Source: an uncultured bacterium
GTDB lineage: Bacteria > Chloroflexota > UBA5177 > JANWHV01
Assembly (NCBI GenBank): GCA_963729625.1
Contig: CAVSOU010000005.1
Coordinates: 57,467-121,466, forward strand
Direction: 5' to 3'
DNA: 64,000 nucleotides
The notes below the pieces were generated by a model, which was given only the letters and a program-made list of their open reading frames with translations, searched no databases and was not told the origin of the DNA. Shown in pieces: positions 12,137 to 21,676 of the stretch. Every line of letters starts with the position of its first letter. The stretch's first letter is position 1. The position numbers and the translations under genes are program-made.

Positions 12137-13012
12137 ATGATCGCCAGCATGACGGGCTTTGCCCGCCGCGAAGCAGCCCTTGCCCAGGGCACCCTGGTCT
12201 GCGAGCTGCGCAGCGTCAACCACCGCTACCTTGAGGCCGGCCTGCGGCTCCCGGAGGAGCTGAGGAGCCTGGAGGGGGAGTTCCGCGCCCAGCTGCAACG
12301 CGACCTGCGCCGTGGCAAGGTCGACTGCACCTTCACCTACCGCAGCGCAGGCCCGTCGGACCGCAAGCTGGAGCTCGACCCCGCCCTGCTGGCCCAGCTC
12401 ACCGAGCGGCTGGCCCAGGTCGCCGCGGCGGTCCCTGCGGGCGGCGCCCAGACGAGCGTGGACCTGGTGGAGCTGCTGCGCTTCCCCGGGGTGCTGCGCG
12501 AGGCGGCCAGCGACAATGAGCCCCTGCTCAAGGCCGCCCGCACGCTCTTTGGCGAGGCGATCCGGGACTTGTCGGCGATGCGCTCGAGCGAGGGCGGCCG
12601 CCTGGCCGAACTGATCCTCACCCGCTGCACGCAGCTGGAGGAGCTGGTCGGGCGCGTGCGCACGCGTCTGCCTGAGGTGCACGCGCTGATCCGCGCCCGC
12701 TTCAACGAGCGCCTGGGGGAGCTGCGCAAGGAGCTGGATCCGGATCGCCTGGAGCAGGAGGTCGCCTTGAGCCTGCAGCGCCTGGACGTGGCGGAGGAGA
12801 TGGATCGCCTCGCCGGCCACCTGACCGAGACGCGCAAGATCATCGCAAGTCCCGAGGCCGCCGGGCGCAGGCTGGATTTCCTCATGCAGGAGTTCAACCG
12901 CGAGGCCAACACGCTCTCCTCCAAGTCCCAGGACCTGGAGACCACGCGCGCCGCGGTCGACATGAAGGTGCTGATCGAACAGATGCGCGAGCAGGTGCAA
13001 AATTTGGAGTGA
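12137..13012 (+). CDS. yicC: YicC/YloC family endoribonuclease; its 3' end is the integration target
   Basis: MIASMTGFAR, ELRSVNHRYLE, GRRLDFLMQEFNREANTLSSK, EQMREQVQNLE*. Confidence 0.96.
   Translation: MIASMTGFARREAALAQGTLVCELRSVNHRYLEAGLRLPEELRSLEGEFRAQLQRDLRRGKVDCTFTYRSAGPSDRKLELDPALLAQLTERLAQVAAAVPAGGAQTSVDLVELLRFPGVLREAASDNEPLLKAARTLFGEAIRDLSAMRSSEGGRLAELILTRCTQLEELVGRVRTRLPEVHALIRARFNERLGELRKELDPDRLEQEVALSLQRLDVAEEMDRLAGHLTETRKIIASPEAAGRRLDFLMQEFNREANTLSSKSQDLETTRAAVDMKVLIEQMREQVQNLE
12991..13010 (+). repeat. att core at yicC 3' end (attL)
   Basis: GCAGGTGCAAAATTTGGAGT; exact copy at 14595-14614, 19-bp copy at 16418-16436, diverged copies at 31925 and 35231. Confidence 0.85.
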
Positions 13013-13219
13013 TCTGCGGCGGAAACCGCCCGCAGACGCCTGCGGTGGTGGCGCACGGACAGGGGCGTCACGATATTGCCCAGAGCACCAACGGCTGGTC
13101 GATCGCGTATTTACGCAACTCGCGCCTGAGTAAAAGTGCTGAACGGGTAGCTACGCTGCCATCGCTGGCTGCGCCGCGCTGAACTAGGATCAAGCGGGGT
13201 TGACGGGGGCGCAGCGACT

Positions 13220-13852
13220 ATGGACAGACTCAGGGTCGGTATCCTGATCTTCGACGGCGTCGAGGTGCTGGATTTTTGTGGCCCGTTTGAAGTGCTATCC
13301 GTGACTCGTCTCGATGAGGCCACCCGACGCGAGCAACCCTCACCCTTCGAAGTCTCGCTGCTTGCCGAGACGGATCAACCGGTGGTGGCCACTGGCGGAC
13401 TGCGCGTGCTGGCCGACTACCAGCTCGCCAACTGCCCGCCCTTGGACGTGCTGCTGGTGCCCGGCGGCTGGGGGACCCGCAGGGAAATGAACAAACACCG
13501 TCTGCTCGAGTGGATCGCGCAGCGTGGCGCACAGGCCCGACTGCTGACCTCGGTGTGCACCGGCGCCCTGTTGCTCGGCTAGGCTGGCCTCTTGGACGGC
13601 AAGCGCGCGACGACGCATTGGCAGGCCCTGAGCCTGAAGCAGAAGCGGTTTCCCAATACCTGCGTCGAGCACAATCTGCACGTGGTCGAGGACGGTAATC
13701 TATTAACGTCGGCGGGCATTTCGGCCGGCATCGATATGGCGCTGCGTGTCGTCTGGCGCTACTGCGGTGAGTCCGTGGCTCGGGCGACCGCGCGCTATAT
13801 GGAGTATCCGTTCCCGGAGAACAATGCGCGCCGCATCGCGCTGGACGAGTGA
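13220..13852 (+). pseudogene. DJ-1/PfpI family protein (InhA/ThiJ-like) with in-frame TAG at 13580-13582
   Basis: FDGVEVLDFCGPFEV, LLVPGG, SVCTGALLLG*AGLLDGKRATTHW, TSAGISAGIDMAL all in one frame. Confidence 0.85.
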
Positions 13853-13920
13853 ACTGTTCCTGACCACCGGCCCGTTCCAAGGGGCTTCCAAGCGGTCACG
13901 AGCCGAACAAGTTCCGGGGC

Positions 13921-14199
13921 CTACCGTGACCGCAATTCCTGGCGCAACACGTCACGCAGCCTACGCACCGTAAGCGGGGCGTCGTCCGCATTCATGGCAG
14001 CGCGCAGCGTGTCGTTGATGAGCGTCTGGTAGTTGCCGCCGCCCTTCACTTGGGCACGGAACCACGCCAAGACATCCGCGTCGATGCGGATCGTGATGCG
14101 CTCCTTGCTCTCGTTCTCCTTCTGGATGCGGGCAAGGTGGGGAACATCCTTCGCCCGCTTTGCACGGCTGAAATCAAGCTCGGGCATTTCCGTCTTCAT
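13921..14199 (-). CDS. BrnA-family antitoxin
   Basis: MKTEMPELDFSRAKR...KERITIRIDADVLAWFR...GGNYQTLINDTLR; start overlaps the toxin stop. Confidence 0.88.
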   Translation of the reverse strand: MKTEMPELDFSRAKRAKDVPHLARIQKENESKERITIRIDADVLAWFRAQVKGGGNYQTLINDTLRAAMNADDAPLTVRRLRDVLRQELRSR

Positions 14200-14471
14200 G
14201 GCAGCTCCTCGTATTGACGCGCTGCGCCTGCGCTCGCCTTGCGGGCCGAAATGATGCGCGTAACATCCGGGCCGCGTTCCGTCCACACCACATACAGCAG
14301 CCGATCAGAGAAGGCTCTGCCCAGCGTGACAAACCGGGCTTAATCTTCGGCCGTCGGGTCATCACGTGTCAGACCGAGCGGGTCTTCGAGCGCACCCACA
14401 GCATCCGCGAAATCCACCTCGTGCTTGCAAATGTTCTCCTGCCGCTTGGCTTCGTCCCACTCGTTGCGCAT
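14196..14471 (-). pseudogene. BrnT-family toxin with in-frame TAA at 14340-14342
   Basis: Manual translation: MRNEWDEAKRQENICKHEVDFADA...AED*ARFVTLG...LYVVWTERG..TRIISARKA. Confidence 0.85.
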
Positions 14472-14478
14472 AGTCTAT

Positions 14479-14499
14479 TGTATGCACGTCGTGCATACA
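14479..14499. promoter_or_regulatory. Probable brnTA operator
   Basis: Perfect 9-bp inverted repeat TGTATGCAC-gtc-GTGCATACA just upstream of the brnT start. Confidence 0.6.
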
Positions 14500-14529
14500 G
14501 TCAATACCGCTACGCTTCACCGGGAGATG

Positions 14530-14614
14530 TATAGCTGGCCCTAAAACGCGTCAAAGTTTTTATCATTATCAACGCGATACGAGCACCGTAAATTGCAGGT
14601 GCAAAATTTGGAGT
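14530..14614 (+). repeat. att junction 1 (arm site, IHF-like site, yicC core)
   Basis: TATAGCT at 14530, TATCAACGCGATA about 30 bp before the core, 20-bp exact yicC core; about 49 bp similar to the junction at 16388-16436. Confidence 0.8.
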
Positions 14615-14667
14615 CAATTTGAGGTAACAGCTGGAGAGCCAACATCCGGTTACTCCGGATGGTCCTG

Positions 14668-14684
14668 TACGGTAAAATGCCGTA
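14668..14684. promoter_or_regulatory. Probable operator of the DUF1778/GNAT TA operon
   Basis: Inverted repeat TACGG-N7-CCGTA just upstream of the antitoxin. Confidence 0.5.
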
Positions 14685-14700
14685 TCTTCTGGAGGCGCCC

Positions 14701-14976
14701 ATGCCCACCACCACCGCCCGTTTCGATCTCAAACTGGATTCCGGCGAAAAGGAAATCATCGCGCGGGCAGCTGCCCTCATGGGAACAACCATGGCCGGCT
14801 TTGTGCGAGCGGCAGCCAAGGAGAAAGCGCAGACATTGCTCGAACGTGAAACCCGCGTTGTACTCAGCGAACGCGATTTCGCGCGTTTTGCAGCGGCCGT
14901 CAGCGGACCTTTCGAACCAAACGCGCACTTGTCGCGGGCGCTGAAGGAGGCACGGCGGAAAGTGCGTCGTGCTTGA
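14701..14976 (+). CDS. DUF1778 (TacA/AtaR-like) RHH antitoxin
   Basis: ARFDLKL...KEIIARAAALMG..MAGFVRAAA...LSERDFARF...EPNAHL.RA. Confidence 0.85.
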   Translation: MPTTTARFDLKLDSGEKEIIARAAALMGTTMAGFVRAAAKEKAQTLLERETRVVLSERDFARFAAAVSGPFEPNAHLSRALKEARRKVRRA

Positions 14977-15454
14977 GGAACGCGCATTCGATATCGGTGT
15001 ACATGACCGCGGCGGTTTCGATTGCGGTGTTCCCGAACTCAACAATTACTTGAGACGCTTCGCGGAGCAGCATCGCCGCAAAGGTATCAGCACACCGTTC
15101 GTGCTGGTGGATGTCGATACGCCGCACGAGATCTTGGGCTACTACTGCCTTAGCGCAGCACAAGTAGACGCGACAGAATTGGGGGAAAGTGCCCGCAGGA
15201 AACTGCCACGTTATCCGGTGCCGTGCTTTCGTCTCGGTCGGCTGGCGGTGCACAAGCGCCTGCGCGGGCAGGGCATAGGGAAACTGCTGCTAGCCTGCGC
15301 CATCGATCGCTGCCTGAAGGCACGGAGCGACGTGGCAGCCTACGCGCTGATTGTCGATGCCAAGGATGAAAACGCCAAGCAGTTCTACGAGCGCTACGGA
15401 TTCGCCGTGCTTGTCAGCGCGCCGATGACACTCTACCTGGGGCTTGGCCGATGA
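14969..15454 (+). CDS. GNAT toxin (TacT/AtaT-like)
   Basis: [58 protein letters not shown]. Confidence 0.9.
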   Translation: MLEERAFDIGVHDRGGFDCGVPELNNYLRRFAEQHRRKGISTPFVLVDVDTPHEILGYYCLSAAQVDATELGESARRKLPRYPVPCFRLGRLAVHKRLRGQGIGKLLLACAIDRCLKARSDVAAYALIVDAKDENAKQFYERYGFAVLVSAPMTLYLGLGR

Positions 15455-16344
15455 TGGACGTGGACGGGCTCATCGCCTCGATCATCCGCGACGAGGATCG
15501 CGTGCCACGTGAAGTTATCGAAGAGTGCGCACGTTGGGGACCCGCGATGGTCGAAGCCTTGGACCGAATCGTCGGTCCCGCAGCGGACTGGAGTTCCTGT
15601 GCCAGTGATGGCCACTGGTGGCTGCGGCTGCACGCGGCGTTCATTCTCGGCCTGATGGACGATACAGAGTCAGGCCGCCTGCTCGCACACCTGATGCGAC
15701 GGCTTGCGGCCAATGAAGACGAGAACATCGAAGACTGGCTGGCCGGCTACTGGCCTGCCCTGTTCCGCAACAAGCCCGAGGAAGTTCTTCCGGACATCGA
15801 AGCCATTGCATGGACTGACTTCGCACAACCCTACTTCCGTGTGCATGTGCTGGAAGTTTTGCTGGCAGCGGCTCTGCGACGAGGCCCCGGGGAACTCGAT
15901 GCACTCCTTGCACACATAGCGGAGTGGATCGCGGCCGCACCGGATCAGGAGGAGCGCGCGCTGACTGCCAACATCCTGCTGGATTTTCCGCGCTCCGCCC
16001 ACCGAGCCTTGCTGAGTGATATGGCGGCACGGCAGAAGGGCATGTTCGGCTTGTTTGACGAATCCGATGTCGAATGCTCGTATGCCAAGGGCGACCAACC
16101 CGGCTGGTTGCGCTTCGAGGATCCCTGGAGGTTTTATTCACCTGATCAGATCGACGCCCGACAAAAACGCTGGGCCGAGGAGGATGAGAGGCGCTCGCGG
16201 AACGCTGTCGCCGAAGCCGCAGGGATCGACGAATCCCTTTACGAGCAGGAGCCGTATCTGCGCAATACGCTCAAAGTGGGTCGCAACGATCCGTGCCCGT
16301 GTGGCAGTGGCAAGAAATACAAAAAATGCTTGAGCGGCGTGTAG
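15451..16344 (+). CDS. DUF1186-like helical protein with C-terminal SEC-C motif
   Basis: C-terminal [19 protein letters not shown]; helical N-terminal region. Confidence 0.75.
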   Translation: MMDVDGLIASIIRDEDRVPREVIEECARWGPAMVEALDRIVGPAADWSSCASDGHWWLRLHAAFILGLMDDTESGRLLAHLMRRLAANEDENIEDWLAGYWPALFRNKPEEVLPDIEAIAWTDFAQPYFRVHVLEVLLAAALRRGPGELDALLAHIAEWIAAAPDQEERALTANILLDFPRSAHRALLSDMAARQKGMFGLFDESDVECSYAKGDQPGWLRFEDPWRFYSPDQIDARQKRWAEEDERRSRNAVAEAAGIDESLYEQEPYLRNTLKVGRNDPCPCGSGKKYKKCLSGV

Positions 16345-16436
16345 CTGGCGGTGCAGCTATTATCGGATGCCGACCATTTCCGTAAATTTATCAATGCGCT
16401 ACGCGCACCAGAAATTCCAGGTGCAAAATTTGGAGT
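16340..16436 (+). repeat. att junction 2
   Basis: TGTAGCT (16340) and TGCAGCT (16352), TATCAATGCGCTA, core CAGGTGCAAAATTTGGAGT followed by AG (VQNLE*). Confidence 0.8.
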
Positions 16437-16857
16437 AGTTAGCATAGCGAACTACTTCCAGCACCCTGACCTGCCGTCTCTTTACCGCACTGAATTCATG
16501 CGGAGAATGGGCTCGTCGTCGCAACAATCGTCTGCTCAAGGCGCCCTGCAGACAACACGAGTATCAGGGCGATCCACCCCGAAACACTCTGGTCGCATTG
16601 TCGACGTTGAGTCCGGAGCTGACTGTGCGCTAGGTCAACCCACACTCAACTAATATTTGTATAAGAAGGAAAGGTGTGTTTGCGCCGATTGACTCTCCGG
16701 CGTGGCGACTGCGACGGCGACTTCGGAGCGTGGTGAGTCGCCCGCAAGAAGAATGGAGGTGGCCCCATGGACATCCCTTCGTCCTCTTGCCGGGGCCTTG
16801 TGCCGGCCCCGTGCAACCCCCTGATGGCCAAGCCCCGGGCGGGGCAGGCTCTGCGCC

Positions 16858-17637
16858 TCAGCCCTTGCAGGGGTGCGGCGCCCACTTGGAGCCGTCGGGC
16901 TCCTTGCGAAAATGCGAGCTGGTCATGAACTGGCGCTGCAGGTATTGCGGGTCGTCGACCAGCGTCGTGACCACGAACCACTGACTGCCATCGGCGACCG
17001 GGAACGTGTCGTAGTACTCGGTGATCTTCGCGTTCTCGCTGTAGGGCACGCCATTACGTCGCAGCCAGCCTGCCGTGTGGTTATCGGTCACCACGTGCAG
17101 CGAACCGTTCGGTGGGAGCCTGCTCGGGTCGGCGGCCGGGCCAGCCAACAAGTCGGTTGGGTCGACGGAGTATTCCCAGTTCGCAAGCGAGTTGCCCTGC
17201 AGCGTGCGCGGACCGGCCTTGATGTCGGCCTTGTCAAAGTTCAGCACGCGCGTCTGCTGGCCCCAGTCGGACTCGATCTTCAGCGTCTGGTCGTCGACCC
17301 AGGTGATGTGCAGGCGCGTGGGCATGCGCAGCAGGTTGCCGACGCCGTAGGCCTTGCACGAGCCGTCGTTGGCGTCCGTCCAGGTGTCGGCCTGCTTCTT
17401 GCCCTCGGGGTTGAGCGGCACGCTCTGGTAGTCGCCCTTGGCCGGCGTGACCATGCGGTAACGCCAGTCCTCGTTGACGATCGAGACCCAGTAGCCGGCC
17501 AGGTCGATCGGGGCTGCAACCTTCGGGGCCGGCGGCGGGCCGGTCGGACCGCGCGGGGCCTGCTGCGCAGTGGCCATCTGCCCCAGCGTAAGCAGTGCCA
17601 CCGCGAGGGTGATGCTCTTAACGGCGCTGATCTTCAT
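16858..17637 (-). CDS. Uncharacterised secreted protein, paralog B1
   Basis: Signal peptide; DLAGYWVSIVNEDWRYRM, VPLN, CKAYG, GWLRRNGVPYS, KEPDGSKWAPHPC. Confidence 0.75.
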   Translation of the reverse strand: MKISAVKSITLAVALLTLGQMATAQQAPRGPTGPPPAPKVAAPIDLAGYWVSIVNEDWRYRMVTPAKGDYQSVPLNPEGKKQADTWTDANDGSCKAYGVGNLLRMPTRLHITWVDDQTLKIESDWGQQTRVLNFDKADIKAGPRTLQGNSLANWEYSVDPTDLLAGPAADPSRLPPNGSLHVVTDNHTAGWLRRNGVPYSENAKITEYYDTFPVADGSQWFVVTTLVDDPQYLQRQFMTSSHFRKEPDGSKWAPHPCKG

Positions 17638-17710
17638 GAGATGCTTTCTCCAGGACTGTTCGTTCAGCCGTGCGCTGCCTGGGCCCGGGCCCCGCGGCGG
17701 CGCCGGGTGC

Positions 17711-18745
17711 TTACTTCTTGCCCTTCGGGGCAGGCCTGAGCGAGTTGTAGATGGCTTCGATGAACTTGTCGGTCGTCCAGAAGCCCGTGGTCGCGCCGAA
17801 TCGACCGTCGTAGTCGGACGAAGGCTTGGCGGCCTTGACCTGGTCGAGGGTCTTGCCGGCCTTGATGAGCACCGCGACGCGGTCACGGATGATCGTGAGC
17901 ATATCGCGGTATTCGACCAGGTCGGACTGGTCGCCGATGCGGCCGTGGCCCGGGATGATCAGCGTGCCGCCTTCCTGCTGGTGGTCGGGAACCGCGTAGT
18001 CGATGATGTCGTTCACCGCAGCCAGCACGCCATTGATGTTGCCGCCATTGGCGGTGTCGATCACCGGGTACATGTCGGTGAAGTAGAGGTCGCCGGTCGC
18101 CACCACGTCGGAGCGCCGGAAGCTGACCCAGTAGTCGCCATCGGTGTGCGCGTTCTTCGGGTGCACCATCTGCACGGCCTCGCCGTTGAAGTGCAGGCTG
18201 TAGATGGGCTCGAGGTGCGTCTCGGAAGGCCACAACTCGCGGTCGGCCTTGAAGCCGCCCGGGCCCTTCGCGTCGGGCTCGGTCATGTAGATCATCACCG
18301 TCTCGTGCGCCATGACAGTCGCGCCGGTCGGGATATTGCCGCGATCGCGCACCACGTTGCCGTCGAGGATGGTGTCACCGGCCTTGCGGATCACCTCGTT
18401 GCCGCCGGTGTGGTCGGCATGCAGGTGGGTGTTGATCACGTAACGGATCGGCTTGTCGCCGGCGAGCTTCTTGATCGCCGCGAGCAGCTGCTCGGCGAGC
18501 GGGCGGATGCCGGTGTCGACCACCAACACGCCTTCATCACCGAGCTGCACGACCACGTTCGAGGGCTCGCCCGTCATCGGCCAGACGTTGCCGGCGACGT
18601 GGTAGGGCACGATCTCGACGGCCGGGCGGGCCGCAGGCGCGGCGCCCGCGGGAGTGGCGGGCTCGGCCGCGAGGGCCGTGCCACCGGCCAGGGCCGCGAC
18701 GAGGCCAAGGAGGCTCAGCGCCGAAGCCTTGCGATTGCCGTGCAT
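17711..18745 (-). CDS. Secreted MBL-fold metallo-hydrolase (MBL1) with intact metal motifs
   Basis: Signal peptide; NTHLHADHTGGN, AHTDGD, GDLY, PGHG. Confidence 0.85.
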   Translation of the reverse strand: MHGNRKASALSLLGLVAALAGGTALAAEPATPAGAAPAARPAVEIVPYHVAGNVWPMTGEPSNVVVQLGDEGVLVVDTGIRPLAEQLLAAIKKLAGDKPIRYVINTHLHADHTGGNEVIRKAGDTILDGNVVRDRGNIPTGATVMAHETVMIYMTEPDAKGPGGFKADRELWPSETHLEPIYSLHFNGEAVQMVHPKNAHTDGDYWVSFRRSDVVATGDLYFTDMYPVIDTANGGNINGVLAAVNDIIDYAVPDHQQEGGTLIIPGHGRIGDQSDLVEYRDMLTIIRDRVAVLIKAGKTLDQVKAAKPSSDYDGRFGATTGFWTTDKFIEAIYNSLRPAPKGKK

Positions 18746-18799
18746 GCTGCACTCCATACCAGTATTGATTGCGTTGGATCGGGTCATGGCGTTGCCTGC

Positions 18800-19700
18800 T
18801 TACTTCTTCTTCGCCGGCTTCTTGGCCGAGGCTTGCTGCGCGCGCCAGGCGGCGATGCGATCCTGCGTCTCGGGCAGCGCGGTCTCGGGGCCGCCCTCGG
18901 TCTCGGCGAACGGCAGGTTGAAGCGGTTCGCGTATTCGTGGTCCATGTCGTCGGTGCCCGGCAGGTGCGCCGGCACCATGCCGCGCTCGCGCGGGATCTC
19001 GGTGGCCGGGCGGCACGGGTAGGCGCCGATCGCCACATTGTCAGCCCTGGCGGTAGCCGGTGGTCTTGATCATCGGCTCGGCGAGGTACACCGGGTCGTA
19101 GACCATCAGCACGTGCGTGAGCACGTCTCCGTGGCGGATGAAGCGCTCGTCGGAGCTGGCGCGGTCGGAGAGCGCCAGGCCGTTGCGGCGGATCCAGCCC
19201 ACCTTGAGGTGGTCGGTGTGCACGACCAGCTGGTCGCCTTCCCAGCGGCCGAGCGAGAAGCCCTGCCAGGTGTGCGGAGAGGCGGCGACCGGGTGCGGGC
19301 GGCCGTCCATGTAGATGTGGCGGTGCTGCGCTTCCCAGACGATGTAGGTCTCGATCTCGGTCTGCTTCTGCGTGACCGGGTCGAGGTCTTCCCAGATACG
19401 CAGGGTACCAACGCCGCGGATACCGTAGGTCGAGGGGTGCGGGATGCATTGGTGCTCGGGCTCGGTAAGGATCGACGGATCCCACGCGTGGCCGCGCTCG
19501 CGCATCGCCTGGTTGATGGGAGCCGCCGTACTCGTGCTGGTCGGGGCCTGGGATTCGCTCGTCGAAGTCCTCGTCGAACACGGGGCCCCAGTAGCCGAGC
19601 AGCAGACTCTGGGAGTGGGCCGGTGCATCGCCAGCAACCCAAGTGCCGCCAGCATCACGCAAGCGAGAGCCGTACGCGCATTAAATGTCGACATTTTCAT
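18800..19700 (-). CDS. Uncharacterised secreted protein, paralog A1; frameshifted
   Basis: GYWGPVFDED..., PINQA, HQCIPHP, IYMDGRPHP, WQGFSLGRWEGDQLVVHT, GWIRRNG, DPVYLAEP, GGPETALPE across three frames. Confidence 0.7.
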
Positions 19701-19730
19701 AACTTCGCCTCGGACGGGACTGGAACGAGA

Positions 19731-20822
19731 TTAATGCTTACCGGCCGGTCGTAGTGCGCAGACAGAAAGCACTGCCAGCGCTGTGGCGCTGGGCGAGGCA
19801 GCATCCGGACACTGGTCATTTCGTGCCTTCAGAATGCATCGCAACGTGTAGTAAAGCCCTGGTCTCCGGCTACGGTGAAGGACGAGCCGCAGCAATAGTG
19901 CCCGCAGTATTCGCCGGTGGCCGATAGGCAGGTGCGATGCGCTGCGCGAACTCCGCATACATCGTGTCTCGCCCCCCATCGCTGCCTCATGCGGGATGTT
20001 GTACTGGGTTGTCATCGACATGAAGTTCGGGTTGTCGGCCGGCGTCAGATAGCTCGGCACGTGGCCGTTCAGCACGCTCGGCACCTCTTCCGCGGACATG
20101 CAACTGTTCGGGTTGGTCGCCCCGACCACGGCATCCAGCGGCTTGCTGTGGTCTGACGCGAACACATTGGTGATCACAAAGGGGGCCGTCAAGTTGACCG
20201 GATCCTGGATGACGCCGGTGATCACAAGATTGGAGCCCTGCCGCGTCAGGAGACATGGTCAGGACCTCCTGATCGCTCGTCGGCACGCCATTGCGGGTCA
20301 AGTAGCCATCCTGCAAATGCGTGGTGACGGTCTTGAGCGTGTCGCCTTTCCAGCTTCCTATTGTGAACCCAGCGGGTGTTGAGAGCGCCTGGGCAGAGGG
20401 CGGCTTACGCCCATCCATCCATATGGTCGTGGGCTCCCGATCGATGGTGCCGTTCAGATTCCAGGCAATCACCGCACCGGTCTCCGGATCGACGGTGGGC
20501 CACAGACGGAAACCCCAAGCTGCCTCAAGCAAGTAGTGCAGCGAATAGGGTTGGCGCTGTTCCCCACTTCGCTGATGGTCTCGGGCGTGTGGCTCAGTGC
20601 GGCCGCGCGCGCCTGCTCATTGATAGGAATGCCGGCATAATCTTCGTAGTTCGGTCCTTCGAAAAGCAACTGGACATCCTGGTCCACGGCCCCCACGTAG
20701 GTACCGGAGAGATCTACCTGTGCCGTGGCGAGGCTCGTCTGCAGCAACAACGCGAAGCCGGCGAGCGCCCCAAGGCAGTTGAGCTGACGCCGGATCGGCC
20801 GGAACGTGGTGCGGCTTTTCAC
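19731..20822 (-). CDS. Uncharacterised secreted protein, paralog A2; frameshifted
   Basis: AQVDLSGTY, YAGIPINEQA, IWMDGRKPP, GFTIGSWKGDTLKTVTT, GYLTRNGVPTSD, DPVNLTAP; end approximate. Confidence 0.7.
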
Positions 20823-21642
20823 GATGCGGACCTCAGCGTGCAGGGTGTGGGATGCCATTTGGAGCCGTCCGGCTCGCATGAAGATCGGCGTGGTCGTATA
20901 GGTTGGCGCGCTCAGTACACCGGATCACTGACGACGGAGACAACGCTCAAGTAATCGAGGCCCTCGGACACATGCAACACCTTCAGTACTCTTGCAGTGT
21001 CGTCCGATCGCTGTAAGGCACGCCGTTCTTGCGCAATAGCCCCGGCTGCAGGTTGCTGGTCACGATGCTGAGCGTGCCGCTGGCGGGCCGCGGCGCGCCT
21101 GGCCCGAAGGCTGGCGTCGGAAGCCGCCACCGCGCTTGCGAGTAGCCCTGCAGACTGCGCTCACCCGGCGCGGACGATGTATCAAAGCGCAACAGCCGAG
21201 TCTGCATCCCCGAGTCGGTGTCAATCCGCAATGTATTCCCATCCTGCCAACTAATGTGCAGGCGTTCGGGAATACGCATCAATGCCGGGGCCCCATAAGC
21301 TTCGCACGCCTTACCCGCCGCCGTATCGACCTCCGCATCAAATTTGTCCGAGAACTGCTTGGCGTCGAGGTTCAACGGGATGCCGGCAAATTCGCCCTTG
21401 CCAGGCACGACCATGCGAAAGCGCCAATCCTGCGTAACGACTGCAACCCAGTAGCCGTCGAGACCCATCGGTGCCTGGTCACGCGCGCTTGGTGGCGTCG
21501 CCACCAGGGGTAGCGGCTCTGCGGCCCACGCCAACGGACTGAGCAGCCCAAGCAGCAGCGCTCCAACCGATCGCCGCGTACAGTGAGCGTCCTCGCGACG
21601 AGGGCCCGATCGCACTATCTGCCGAAAGAGCCATTTGCTCAT
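20819..21642 (-). CDS. Uncharacterised secreted protein, paralog B2; C-terminal frameshifts
   Basis: LDGYWVAVVTQDWRFRM, GIPLN, CEAYG, PGLLRKNGVPYS; EPDGSKWHPTPC in a shifted frame; clear paralog of 16858-17637. Confidence 0.75.
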
Positions 21643-21676
21643 ATCTATTACCTACTCCTTCCTGTGCTGTCCGATC

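Noticed and set aside
13580-13582. Amber readthrough or recoding in the DJ-1 gene
   Set aside because: TAG is used as a normal stop elsewhere (rpmE, spoT) and there is no pyl machinery; a simple nonsense change is more likely
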